Positions 8,825 through 17,538 of a stretch of 64,000 bases of DNA are shown here, in pieces (position 1 is the stretch's first letter; each line of letters begins with the position of its first letter). Position numbers and translations under genes: made by a program. Where the stretch lies: the NCBI GenBank assembly GCA_963727695.1, contig CAVSHW010000057.1:6934-70933 (forward strand). Direction: 5' to 3'. The stretch is from an uncultured Methylomirabilota bacterium. Lineage in GTDB: Bacteria > Methylomirabilota > Methylomirabilia > Methylomirabilales > 2-02-FULL-66-22. Under the pieces are notes generated by a model. That model was not told the DNA's origin. It ran no database searches and was given only the letters and a program-made list of their open reading frames with translations.

Positions 8825-10402
8825 GTGAAAATCTACAGACTGGGCTGGTGGCGGGGAGGGGGCATCGGGTGCCGAGTGGCGGCCATCGCGATGATCCTCG
8901 TCGCGGTCCTCGGCCTGCCGGCGGGGGGGCAAGCGGAAGATGACGCCTCCGGGCCGATCACCCTCTGGCCGGTCTATGACAGCCGGGTGAATCCCCTGGA
9001 TCACACCCGGGAGCAGGGTGGCCTGGGCCCCCTCCTCTGGTCGAGCCGCTCTCGGGACGGCGACGTCGAGGAGTTGGGCATCCGCCCGTTCTTCTTTCGG
9101 CGAGAGGAGCAGGCAAACCAGACGCTCGAGTGGGATTTCCTCTATCCCCTCACAACGTACCGGAGAAGCGAAAAGGACTGGGAGTTCAAGTTTATCGAGT
9201 TCTTCAATTTCCGGGCAGAAGGGTCGCCGCAGGCCGGTCACGAGGAGCGGGGCGACATCTTCCCCTTCTACTTCAGCGGCACCCGGGAGGACGGCACGGC
9301 CTACTGGGGGATCATGCCGTTCGGGGGAAAGGCATACGATCGGTTCTTCGGGGAGGAGGCGGAGTGGGCGCTCTTCCCGCTCTACTTTCGCAGCGTGCGC
9401 CGGGGTGAGGCGACCACGTATCTTCCCTGGCCGCTTGTGTCCGTCACCCGGGGGCTGGACCCCGCAACGAAGCATGCGGGCGTTCGGGTCGTGCCGTTCT
9501 ACGGACAAGAAACGAAAGAGGGGGTCTTCGAGAAGTACTTTGCCCTCTGGCCCCTGGTCCTGTACCAGCGAACGGGCCTGGACGGGGACGACCCCCAGAC
9601 CGACTTGGCGGTGCTCCCCTTCTACGCCAGCCATCGGGGGACGGCTCTGGACAGCACCACGCTGCTCTGGCCGTTCTTTACGTATACCGACAATCGGGAG
9701 CGGCAGTTCGAGCAGTGGGATCTCCTCTGGCCGATTGGCAAGGTCGCCCGGGGGGAGGGACGACAGACCGTCCAGGTGTTCCCCCTGTACATGGACGACC
9801 GGAAGGTCCTGCACAACGAGTTTCTGTTCCGGGAGATCCGATACCGCGATCGCTTCCTGCTTTTTCCGCTCTACGCCCGAAACGAGGAGGAGTATCCGGA
9901 CGGTCGCAAGGTGCGGGATCGGATCCTCTGGTACCTCTACTCCGACGCCCGGGAGGAGGGCCGAGACGGCTCGACCCGCCGGATCGATGCCTGGCCTTTT
10001 GTGCATTACCAGCGCGACCGGGAGGGGGCGGTGACGTTCCAGACGCTGGCGCTCCTGGAGCCGCTGCTGCCCGGGAACGAATGGATCGAGCGGAACTATT
10101 CCCCGCTCTGGTCCCTGTATACGTATCGGGCGAACCCGGCGGGAGATTCGGTCTATTCCTTCTTCTGGAACCTGCTGCGGCATGAGGAGACCCAGGCGGG
10201 GACCTCTATCGAGGTCCTGGGCCCGCTGCTCCACTATCGCGAGGCGGGCGCGGATGCCGCGGTCTCGCTCCTGGGGGGCCTTTTCCAGTACGAGGTCCGG
10301 CAGGGGGAGCGATCGATCCGCCTGTTCGGAGACCCCGTGATCACCTGGAGCGAGCGGCCGCAGGCGGTGGCGGTGCTCGATCCGAGGGGAGGGAACCGGT
10401 GA
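8825..10402 (+). CDS. secreted repeat protein of unknown function, co-translated with the mla genes
   Basis: 525 aa. N-terminal signal-like segment KIYRLGWWRGG...VAAIAMILVAVLGLPAGGQAEDD. About 20 copies of an aromatic motif, [LF][WFL]P[LFV][YF], spaced roughly 20 aa apart. The stop overlaps the mlaE start (GTGA at 10399-10402). I do not recognise a family. Confidence 0.6.
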   Translation: MKIYRLGWWRGGGIGCRVAAIAMILVAVLGLPAGGQAEDDASGPITLWPVYDSRVNPLDHTREQGGLGPLLWSSRSRDGDVEELGIRPFFFRREEQANQTLEWDFLYPLTTYRRSEKDWEFKFIEFFNFRAEGSPQAGHEERGDIFPFYFSGTREDGTAYWGIMPFGGKAYDRFFGEEAEWALFPLYFRSVRRGEATTYLPWPLVSVTRGLDPATKHAGVRVVPFYGQETKEGVFEKYFALWPLVLYQRTGLDGDDPQTDLAVLPFYASHRGTALDSTTLLWPFFTYTDNRERQFEQWDLLWPIGKVARGEGRQTVQVFPLYMDDRKVLHNEFLFREIRYRDRFLLFPLYARNEEEYPDGRKVRDRILWYLYSDAREEGRDGSTRRIDAWPFVHYQRDREGAVTFQTLALLEPLLPGNEWIERNYSPLWSLYTYRANPAGDSVYSFFWNLLRHEETQAGTSIEVLGPLLHYREAGADAAVSLLGGLFQYEVRQGERSIRLFGDPVITWSERPQAVAVLDPRGGNR

Positions 10403-11163
10403 GGCACTTGCGCGAACGTGTCCGGCGCATGCTCCAGTCCCTGGGCGAAGGGGCGCTGCTCCTAGGCCAGGCCCTCTACTGGGCCAAGGCGGCCCCCCGG
10501 AACGCCGACAAGATCCTGACCCATTTGTGGGAGTTCGGCAACGCGACGCTGCCCATCGCCTCGCTGATGGCGATCTTCATCGGCGGTGTGCTGGCGCTCC
10601 AGACCGGCTCGCGCCTGGCCCAGTTCGGGCTGGAGGGGAACATCGGCGGGATCGTGGGACTCTCCATGGTCAAGGAACTGGGGCCGGTCATGACGGCCCT
10701 GCTGGTGGCGGGCCGCGTCGGGTCGGCGATTGCCGCCGAAGTGGGCGCCATGAACGTCTACGAGGAAATCGACGCCCTCAAGACGCTGAACATCAACCCG
10801 GTGCGCTACCTGGTCATGCCGCGGCTCGTGGCCAGCATCGTCGCCGTGCCGGCGCTGTGCATGTACGTGAACGTGATCGGTCTGCTGGGCGGGGCCATCG
10901 TCTCGTCCGTCAATCCCAAGATCGCCGTGGGGATGCGTCTGTTTCGCCTGAATTTCCAGGAGGTCGTCAAGTTTGGCGACGTGATGGACAGCTTGCTCAA
11001 GTCGGTGGTCTTCGGGGTGGCGGTGGCCATCACCTGCTGTTACGTGGGGCTGCGCACGACGGGAGGACCCGAGGAGATCGGCCGGGCGGTGACCCGGGCC
11101 GTCGTGCTCTCGTTTATGTTCATCTTCGTCCTCAACTATCTCATCACCCGCATATTGATGTGA
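10399..11163 (+). CDS. mlaE: MlaE-family lipid ABC transporter permease
   Basis: About 254 aa, multi-TM, with typical MlaE strings GVLALQTG, MVKELGPVMTALLVAGRVGSAIAAEVGAMNVYEEIDAL. Confidence 0.9.
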   Translation: MRHLRERVRRMLQSLGEGALLLGQALYWAKAAPRNADKILTHLWEFGNATLPIASLMAIFIGGVLALQTGSRLAQFGLEGNIGGIVGLSMVKELGPVMTALLVAGRVGSAIAAEVGAMNVYEEIDALKTLNINPVRYLVMPRLVASIVAVPALCMYVNVIGLLGGAIVSSVNPKIAVGMRLFRLNFQEVVKFGDVMDSLLKSVVFGVAVAITCCYVGLRTTGGPEEIGRAVTRAVVLSFMFIFVLNYLITRILM

Positions 11164-11167
11164 TGCC

Positions 11168-11977
11168 ATGAGCGCTTGGTCACGCTTTCTGGGAGTTCCC
11201 GACGATCCCGACCTCCGCGAGGTCCCGGCGGCGCGCAAGGTGCCCGGGGTCCGGGTCGAGGTCCAGCGGCTCAACAAGTCCTTCGGCCCGCACCACGTGC
11301 TCCGAGATCTCGACCTGATCGTGGAATCGGGGGAGACCTTCGTGATCTTCGGCCCGTCGGGGTGCGGGAAGTCGGTCCTCCTGAAGCACATCGCGGGTCT
11401 CCTCGAACCGGACGCGGGGCGCATGCTGGTGGACGGGGAGGATCTGCGGACCGCCACCGGGGCCCGTCGCTTCCGGATGGCCATGGTGTTCCAATCTTCG
11501 GCCCTCTTCAACTCCCTGTCGGTGGGGGGAAACGTCGGGCTCTGGCTCAAGGAGCACCGGGTCTGCGGCCCCGACGAGATCGCGCGCATCGTGGCCGAGA
11601 AGCTGCGCCTGGTCGGCCTGGCGGGCACGGAGCGGGCCATGCCGTCGGAACTGTCCGGCGGCATGAAGAAGCGCGTCTCCATCGCCCGGGCCCTAGCGGT
11701 CGAGCCGCACCTGATCCTGTACGACGAGCCGACGGCCGGGCTGGATCCGGTCCTGACGGAGCAGATCGGCCACGTGATCGCCGATCTGAAACAGCTCAAG
11801 ATCACGGCCATCGTGGTGACGCACGATCTGCACTTGGCCGCGGCCGTAGCGGACCGCATGGGGATGATTCACGAGGGACGCCTGCTGGAGTCCGGCCCGC
11901 CGGCCCGGATCTGGGCGACGGCGAATCCGGTGGTGCGGGCGTTTCTCAGCACGCAGATGACGGTCCCGATCCGCTGA
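11168..11977 (+). CDS. mlaF: ABC transporter ATP-binding protein (MlaF-like)
   Basis: Walker A GPSGCGKS, signature LSGGMKKRVSIARAL, and Walker B LILYDEPTAGLD. Confidence 0.9.
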   Translation: MSAWSRFLGVPDDPDLREVPAARKVPGVRVEVQRLNKSFGPHHVLRDLDLIVESGETFVIFGPSGCGKSVLLKHIAGLLEPDAGRMLVDGEDLRTATGARRFRMAMVFQSSALFNSLSVGGNVGLWLKEHRVCGPDEIARIVAEKLRLVGLAGTERAMPSELSGGMKKRVSIARALAVEPHLILYDEPTAGLDPVLTEQIGHVIADLKQLKITAIVVTHDLHLAAAVADRMGMIHEGRLLESGPPARIWATANPVVRAFLSTQMTVPIR

Positions 11978-12001
11978 GGGCCGGGACAGGAGGAAGACAC
12001 C

Positions 12002-13147
12002 ATGTCAACGTCGCGGGAGGTGCGGGTCGGGCTGTTCCTGGTGATGGCCTTTCTGATCCTCATCGCGCTCTTCGAGCTGCTCGGCAAGGCGACGCTCTTC
12101 GGGCGGATGGACGAGTACAAGACCTCGTTCAAGTCGATCCCCGGCCTGAAGGTGGGGGATCCGGTCCGGCTGGCGGGGGTGGACGTGGGCACCGTCCGAG
12201 ACATCCGGGTCATCGGCGCACGGGTGGAGGTCGCCTTCCGGGTCAAGCCGGAGACCCCGGTCAAGGCCGATTCGATCGCCACCATCAAGCTGACCAGCCT
12301 GCTGGGGACCAATTTCCTGGATCTCACGTTCGGCTCGCCCGCCGCGCAGATCGCCCCGCCGGGGAGTCTCTTGCAGAGCGCGGAGCCCCCCGACATCAAC
12401 ACGCTCATGGTGCGGCTGAACGACGCGGCGGGCGACCTCCAGGTCCTAGCCCGGCAGATGAACGAGGGCCTGGGGAAAAGCTTCGAGCCGATCGCGAGCG
12501 CTTTCCAGAGCATGGATAAGATCGCCAAGCAGATCGAGAAGGGCCAGGGCACGCTCGGCAAGCTGATCGGAAGCGACGACCTGTATCGCGAGATCCAGGG
12601 GCTCGCCACCAATATGAACAAAGTCAGCCAGCAGATTGCCAAGGGCGAGGGCACCCTCGGCAAACTGGTGAACGACGACAGCCTGTACAAGGACCTGCAC
12701 TCCCTGACCACGGAGCTGCGGGGCAGCACGGGGAGCCTCGCCCGGATGATGAAGGATGTAGACAGCGGCAAGGGGACCCTCGGGAAACTGGTGAAGGACG
12801 AGAGCCTCTACAATGAAGCGCGGCAAACTCTCACGGAGGCGCGGGGGACCATCGGGAATCTCCGGAGCGTGTCTCAGCGGCTCGCGGACGGCAAGGGCAC
12901 TCTGGGGAAGCTGCTGACCGACGACTCGATGTTCACCGACATGAAGGGAGCCGTGGCCAGCCTCAACACCATCATGAAGAAGGTGGAGCGCGGCGAGGGC
13001 ACCCTGGGCAAGCTCATCAACGACGACTCGCTCTACTTCACGACCAAGGACAACCTGAAGAAGGTCGGCAAGGCGGCGGACCAACTGCGCGAGCAAGGGC
13101 CGCTCAGCATCATCGGGATCGGCATCCAGGCGCTGGGCGCCTTCTAG
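12002..13147 (+). CDS. mlaD: MlaD/MCE-domain protein with a repeated C-terminal region
   Basis: N-terminal TM helix, MCE core (GLKVGDPVRLAGVDVGTVRDI), then five G-x-GTLGKL-x-x-D[DE]S[LM][YF] repeats. Confidence 0.85.
   Translation: MSTSREVRVGLFLVMAFLILIALFELLGKATLFGRMDEYKTSFKSIPGLKVGDPVRLAGVDVGTVRDIRVIGARVEVAFRVKPETPVKADSIATIKLTSLLGTNFLDLTFGSPAAQIAPPGSLLQSAEPPDINTLMVRLNDAAGDLQVLARQMNEGLGKSFEPIASAFQSMDKIAKQIEKGQGTLGKLIGSDDLYREIQGLATNMNKVSQQIAKGEGTLGKLVNDDSLYKDLHSLTTELRGSTGSLARMMKDVDSGKGTLGKLVKDESLYNEARQTLTEARGTIGNLRSVSQRLADGKGTLGKLLTDDSMFTDMKGAVASLNTIMKKVERGEGTLGKLINDDSLYFTTKDNLKKVGKAADQLREQGPLSIIGIGIQALGAF
12538..13036 (+). repeat. five tandem ~35-41-aa coding repeats (GxGTLGKLxxDDSLY) inside mlaD
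   Basis: KGQGTLGKLIGSDDLY / KGEGTLGKLVNDDSLY / SGKGTLGKLVKDESLY / DGKGTLGKLLTDDSMF / RGEGTLGKLINDDSLY. Confidence 0.85.
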
Positions 13148-13159
13148 CGGCGCGGGGCC

Positions 13160-14557
13160 GTGGGGGCGAAATACAGCCACTTCGAGTGCCAGCAATGCGG
13201 TTATCAGACACCGCGCTGGCTGGGGCGCTGCCCGGATTGCGGGGCCTGGGGGAGTCTGACCGAGAGCCTGGCCCCGGCAACCACCGACGCGGCCCGCTCG
13301 CGCGCGGTGATCACGCGGCCGACCCAGCCGCCCGTTCCAATGACCGAGATTCCCGGGCTGGCCCACCGGCTGATGCCGACGGGGATCGGGGAGTTGGACC
13401 GGGTCCTGGGCGGGGGCCTCGTCCCGGGGGTGGTCATCCTGGTCGGGGGCGACCCTGGGGTCGGGAAATCCACTCTGCTCTTGCAGGCAGCCGGAGCGCT
13501 GGCGGGTCGGGACGTCTCCGTCCTGTACGTCTCCGGCGAGGAGTCTCTGGCGCAGGTGGGCGAGCGGGGGCGGCGCCTGGGCGCGAGCGTCCCCGGCCTC
13601 TTCCTGGCGGCCGAGACCTCGCTGGAGACGATCCTGGAGCAGATCGCCACCCTCAAGCCCGCGGTGGTCATCGTGGACTCGATCCAGACCGTCTGGAGCC
13701 CAGCGCTCGAGTCCGCCGCCGGCAGCCTGAGCCAGGTGCGCGAGGTGGCGGGCCGGCTCCTGGAGATGGCCAAGCGAGATGAGGTGAGCGTCTGGCTCAT
13801 CGGGCACGTGACCAAGGATGGCAGCTTGGCGGGTCCTCGGGCGCTGGAGCACCTCGTCGATACGGTGATCTATTTCGAGGGAGACCGGCAGCACTCTCAT
13901 CGCATCTTGCGGGCCACCAAGAACCGTTTCGGGCCCACCGACGAGATTGGGGTCTTCGAGATGCGGGCGGAGGGTCTGGCGCCCGTCGATAACCCCTCGG
14001 CCCTGTTTCTGGCGGAGCGACCACCCCACGCAACCGGCTGCATCGTGGTGGCGACCCTGGAGGGTACGCGCCCCCTCCTGTTGGAAGTGCAGGCCCTGGT
14101 AAGCCCCACGGGCGCTCCCGTCCCGCGCCGGGTGGCCAACGGGCTCGACTCCCAGCGGGTAGCCATGCTCCTGGCTGTGCTGGAGAAACGCCTGGAGATC
14201 CGGCTGGGCGCAGCCGATGTGTTCCTGAACGTGGTGGGAGGGTTGGGGATTCGGGAGCCCGCCGCGGACCTCGGCGTGATGGCCGCGGTGCTCTCCAGCG
14301 CGAAAAACGTTCCGGTCGAGCCCACCTGGGCTTTCTTCGGCGAGGTGGGGCTGGGAGGCGAGGTGCGGGGGGTCCCGCAGGCGGAGAAGCGTTTGCAGGA
14401 GCTGGCCCGCCTCGGATTCACCCGGGCGATCCTTCCTCGGGCCTGTTTGGAGAGCGTGCCCGAGACGCTGCGGCTGGAGGTGATGGGTCTGAGCCATGTC
14501 GAGGCCTTGGCGGATCTCTTTGTTCCGGGGCGCGGACCGCGGCAAGATCCGGTTTGA
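13160..14557 (+). CDS. radA: DNA repair protein RadA/Sms
   Basis: Zn-ribbon CQQCGYQTPRWLGRCPDCGAWG, Walker A GGDPGVGKSTLL, KNRFG motif, and a Lon-like C-terminal domain. Confidence 0.93.
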   Translation: MGAKYSHFECQQCGYQTPRWLGRCPDCGAWGSLTESLAPATTDAARSRAVITRPTQPPVPMTEIPGLAHRLMPTGIGELDRVLGGGLVPGVVILVGGDPGVGKSTLLLQAAGALAGRDVSVLYVSGEESLAQVGERGRRLGASVPGLFLAAETSLETILEQIATLKPAVVIVDSIQTVWSPALESAAGSLSQVREVAGRLLEMAKRDEVSVWLIGHVTKDGSLAGPRALEHLVDTVIYFEGDRQHSHRILRATKNRFGPTDEIGVFEMRAEGLAPVDNPSALFLAERPPHATGCIVVATLEGTRPLLLEVQALVSPTGAPVPRRVANGLDSQRVAMLLAVLEKRLEIRLGAADVFLNVVGGLGIREPAADLGVMAAVLSSAKNVPVEPTWAFFGEVGLGGEVRGVPQAEKRLQELARLGFTRAILPRACLESVPETLRLEVMGLSHVEALADLFVPGRGPRQDPV

Positions 14558-14618
14558 CTGTGGGTGTGAAGTATGGTTTAATCCCCAGGAAACTCCTGTC
14601 GAAAAAAGGGGAACAGTA

Positions 14619-15101
14619 ATGTTCCAGATTGGCCAGAAGGTCGTGTATCCGACGCATGGCGTGGGGCGAATTGAGGCCATCGAACAGAAGGAGGTTTCCG
14701 GGAGTCGGCAGGCCTTTTACATCTTGCGCATCCTGGGCAGCGACATGACGATCATGGTGCCGACCGGAAATGCCGAACGGGTCGGCCTCCGGCAGTTGAT
14801 CGGCCCCAAGGAAGTCCGGAAGGTCATGGAGATCCTCCGCAACAAGGATGTGGAGATCTGTCCGAACTGGAACCGCCGGTTCAAAGACAATCTGGAGCGG
14901 ATCAAGACCGGGTCGCTCTACGAGGTGGCCACAGTCCTCCGGAAGCTCGTGTTGCTGCAGAAGGAGCGCAATCTGTCGTTCGGAGAAAAGAAGATGCTGG
15001 AGACGGTCCGCCAACTCTTGGTGAGCGAGATCTCCCACGCCGTGGGGATGGAGGAGGTGGACGCGCGCTCCATGGTGGATCGAACCATCGCCAAGGCCTG
15101 A
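14619..15101 (+). CDS. carD: CarD/CdnL-family RNA polymerase-binding regulator
   Basis: ATG 14619 within ORF 14496..15101. [38 protein letters not shown] is the CarD_CdnL_TRCF N-domain. Confidence 0.88.
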   Translation: MFQIGQKVVYPTHGVGRIEAIEQKEVSGSRQAFYILRILGSDMTIMVPTGNAERVGLRQLIGPKEVRKVMEILRNKDVEICPNWNRRFKDNLERIKTGSLYEVATVLRKLVLLQKERNLSFGEKKMLETVRQLLVSEISHAVGMEEVDARSMVDRTIAKA

Positions 15102-15132
15102 GGCTACCCGACTCGGGACGAGGAGACCCTGC

Positions 15133-16146
15133 GTGTCGGAACCGGCGTTGCGCATCCTGGTTGTGATCCTCTGTGGGGCGGCCGGCCTGGCGGGTGTGAC
15201 CCTGCAACGCGGTGGGGATCCCTGGGGGCTCCTGGGGGCCCTTGTCGGCCTGCTCTTCGGCCTGCTCTTGCTCCTCCTGGAGCGGCAGCTCCGCCGCGTG
15301 CCGGGCCGGACGATCCTGCAAGCTCTGCTCGGCCTGATGCTCGGACTCCTGGTGGGTCGGCTGGCCTCCGCGGTCCTCACCCCCCTGCTCGTGGCGTTTC
15401 CCGCCGATCTCGAAATCCTCCTGCACGCCCTGTGTCTCCTGGGCGGCGGCTATCTGGGGCTCAAGATCTCCCTCGAAAAGGGGAACGAGTTCAGCGCGGC
15501 CGGTCTCGTCCGCTTGTTGAAGGAGGAGCCCTCCACCGAGAGCTACAAGTTGCTGGACACCTCGGTGATCATCGACGGCCGGATCGCGGACATCACGGAG
15601 TCCGGCTTCCTGGAGGGGACGCTGGTGATTCCGCAGTTCATCCTGCGGGAGCTCCAGCATATCGCCGACTCCTCCGATCCGCTCAAGCGCAACCGCGGGC
15701 GGCGCGGTCTGGACATCTTGCAGAAGATCCAGAAGAAGGTGGACATCCGGGTCGAGATCAGCGACATGGAATTCCCCGAGATCCGCGAGGTGGACAATAA
15801 GCTGGTGGCCATGGCCAAGGCGATCCACGCCAAGATCGTCACCAACGATTTCAACCTGAACAAGGTGGCGGAACTGCACGGGGTCGGGGTGCTGAATATC
15901 AACGAGCTCACCAATGCCCTCCGCCCGGTCGTCCTGCCCGGCGAGGACATGCGCGTCTATGTCCTGAAAGAGGGGAAGGAGTACAACCAGGGGATTGCCT
16001 ACCTGGACGACGGGACGATGGTTGTGGTGGACAGCGGCCGAAAGCACATCGGCCAGACTGTCGACGTGTGCGTCACCTCGGTGCTGCAGACCACCGCGGG
16101 TCGTATGATCTTTTCGCGGCTCAAGGAAGAGGCGGAAGCAGCCTGA
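15133..16146 (+). CDS. membrane-anchored PIN + TRAM domain protein (YacL-like)
   Basis: N-terminal TM helices, PIN core [15 protein letters not shown]...[17 protein letters not shown], and C-terminal TRAM ([20 protein letters not shown]). Same neighbourhood as Bacillus radA...yacL-ispD-ispF. Confidence 0.8.
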   Translation: MSEPALRILVVILCGAAGLAGVTLQRGGDPWGLLGALVGLLFGLLLLLLERQLRRVPGRTILQALLGLMLGLLVGRLASAVLTPLLVAFPADLEILLHALCLLGGGYLGLKISLEKGNEFSAAGLVRLLKEEPSTESYKLLDTSVIIDGRIADITESGFLEGTLVIPQFILRELQHIADSSDPLKRNRGRRGLDILQKIQKKVDIRVEISDMEFPEIREVDNKLVAMAKAIHAKIVTNDFNLNKVAELHGVGVLNINELTNALRPVVLPGEDMRVYVLKEGKEYNQGIAYLDDGTMVVVDSGRKHIGQTVDVCVTSVLQTTAGRMIFSRLKEEAEAA

Positions 16147-16155
16147 TCTCGACGA

Positions 16156-16183
16156 TTCCCAGTTCCCAATTCCCAGATTCCCA
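16156..16183 (+). repeat. 4x tandem heptamer TTCCCA(R)
   Basis: TTCCCA occurs at 16156, 16163, 16170 and 16178. These copies form the 5' arm of the hairpin above. Confidence 0.8.
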
Positions 16184-16245
16184 CAGGGAGGTCGCGGGGG
16201 GCCGCGCCGGTTGGGATTTGGCGGTGGGGATTGGGTTTTTCTTTT
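16165..16245 (+). terminator. long imperfect hairpin plus T-run after the PIN/TRAM gene
   Basis: CCCAATTCCCA (16165-16175) pairs with TGGGGATTGGG (16225-16235), with one G-U pair. TTTTTCTTTT follows. The inner arms (GATTCCCA / TTGGGATT) can extend the stem. Confidence 0.5.
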
Positions 16246-16254
16246 GGAGACGGC

Positions 16255-16953
16255 ATGCATGTGACCGCGATCGTGCCGGCGGCGGGCGGTGGGACGCGCT
16301 TCGGCGGCCCGGTGCCCAAGCAGTATCTCCCGCTCCACGGCGTGCCGCTCTTGGCGCGGACGCTCCGGGCGCTCTTGGCCTCGGGCGTGGTGGACTCCCT
16401 GGTGGTGCTGGTGGCGCCTGGCGAGGAGGCGCGTTGCCGCGCCGAGGTGCTCATCCCGCACGATCTGTCCGCGGCCCAGGTGCTCTCCGGCGGGGCGGAT
16501 CGGCAGGCCTCGGTGTGCGCGGGCTTGCGCGCAGTGCCGGAGGCAACCGACCTGATCCTGGTGCACGACGGGGCGCGTCCCCTGATCACAGCCGACCTGA
16601 TCCGCGCGGCGGTGGGGATGGCGGCGACGGAGGGGGCGGCGGTCGTCGCCGTCCCGGTGACTGACACGATCAAGCTGGCGGACGCGGGCCTGACGATCCT
16701 CGAGACGCCGCCGCGCGGCCGGCTCTGGGCCGCCCAGACCCCGCAGGTGTTTCGGGCGGACTGGCTGCGAGCCGCGCATACCCGGGCCCTGGCGGACGGC
16801 TTCCGGGGAACGGACGACAGCGTCCTGGTGGAGCGGCTTGGTTATCCGGTCCGGCTGATTCGGGGCACGTCCGAGAACCTCAAGATCACGACATCGGCCG
16901 ACCTCGCACGGGCGGAACAGGTCCTGCGCGATCGCGAGGCGAAAGGGAGGTAG
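16255..16953 (+). CDS. ispD: 2-C-methyl-D-erythritol 4-phosphate cytidylyltransferase
   Basis: MHVTAIVPAAGGGTRFG, VLVHDGARPL and NLKITTSADL motifs. Confidence 0.92.
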   Translation: MHVTAIVPAAGGGTRFGGPVPKQYLPLHGVPLLARTLRALLASGVVDSLVVLVAPGEEARCRAEVLIPHDLSAAQVLSGGADRQASVCAGLRAVPEATDLILVHDGARPLITADLIRAAVGMAATEGAAVVAVPVTDTIKLADAGLTILETPPRGRLWAAQTPQVFRADWLRAAHTRALADGFRGTDDSVLVERLGYPVRLIRGTSENLKITTSADLARAEQVLRDREAKGR

Positions 16954-16956
16954 GCG

Positions 16957-17503
16957 GTGGGTACGCCGGGTCTCTCCGGGTTCCGTGTGGGGGTCGGGTT
17001 CGACATGCACCGGCTGGTGGCGGGCCGTCCGCTGATCCTGGGGGGCGTCCTGCTTCCCTTCGAGCGCGGGCTGGAGGGGGACTCGGATGCGGACGTGCTC
17101 ACCCACGCGATCCTGGATGCCCTGCTCGGGGCCGCGGGATTGGGTGACATTGGGACGCACTTCGGGGTGGGCCGGCCGGAGAACATGGGAATCTCCAGCC
17201 TGCTCCTCCTGGAGCGAGTCGTGGCGCTGGTGCGGTCGCGAGGGATACCGGGCGAACAACGTCGATGCCACGGTGGTGGCCGAGGCGCCCAAGATCGGCC
17301 CGCTGATCCCGGCCATGCGGAAGAGCTTGGCCGCCGTGCTCGGGGTCGCGGAGACACAAGTCAATCTCAAGGGCACCACGGCGAAGGGTATGGGGGCCCT
17401 GGGGGCGGGCGAGGGGATCGCGACCTTTGCGGTGGCGTCGGTCGTCCGTCTGCGGATCCGACCGAGGCGCGCCGACGCGAAGTCCCCCCGACGAACGAAA
17501 TAA
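16957..17503 (+). CDS. ispF: 2-C-methyl-D-erythritol 2,4-cyclodiphosphate synthase, frame broken by an apparent 1-nt insertion near 17245
   Basis: The N-terminal part ([13 protein letters not shown]...[24 protein letters not shown]) is in the frame of 16957. The C-terminal part ([26 protein letters not shown]...[20 protein letters not shown]) is in the frame of 17087..17503. Removing one base in gggAtacc (17241-17249) joins them. Total length is 547 nt = 3n+1. Confidence 0.85.
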
Positions 17504-17538
17504 TCACAGGGTCTCGGGACCCGAGGAAACCAAACCCC

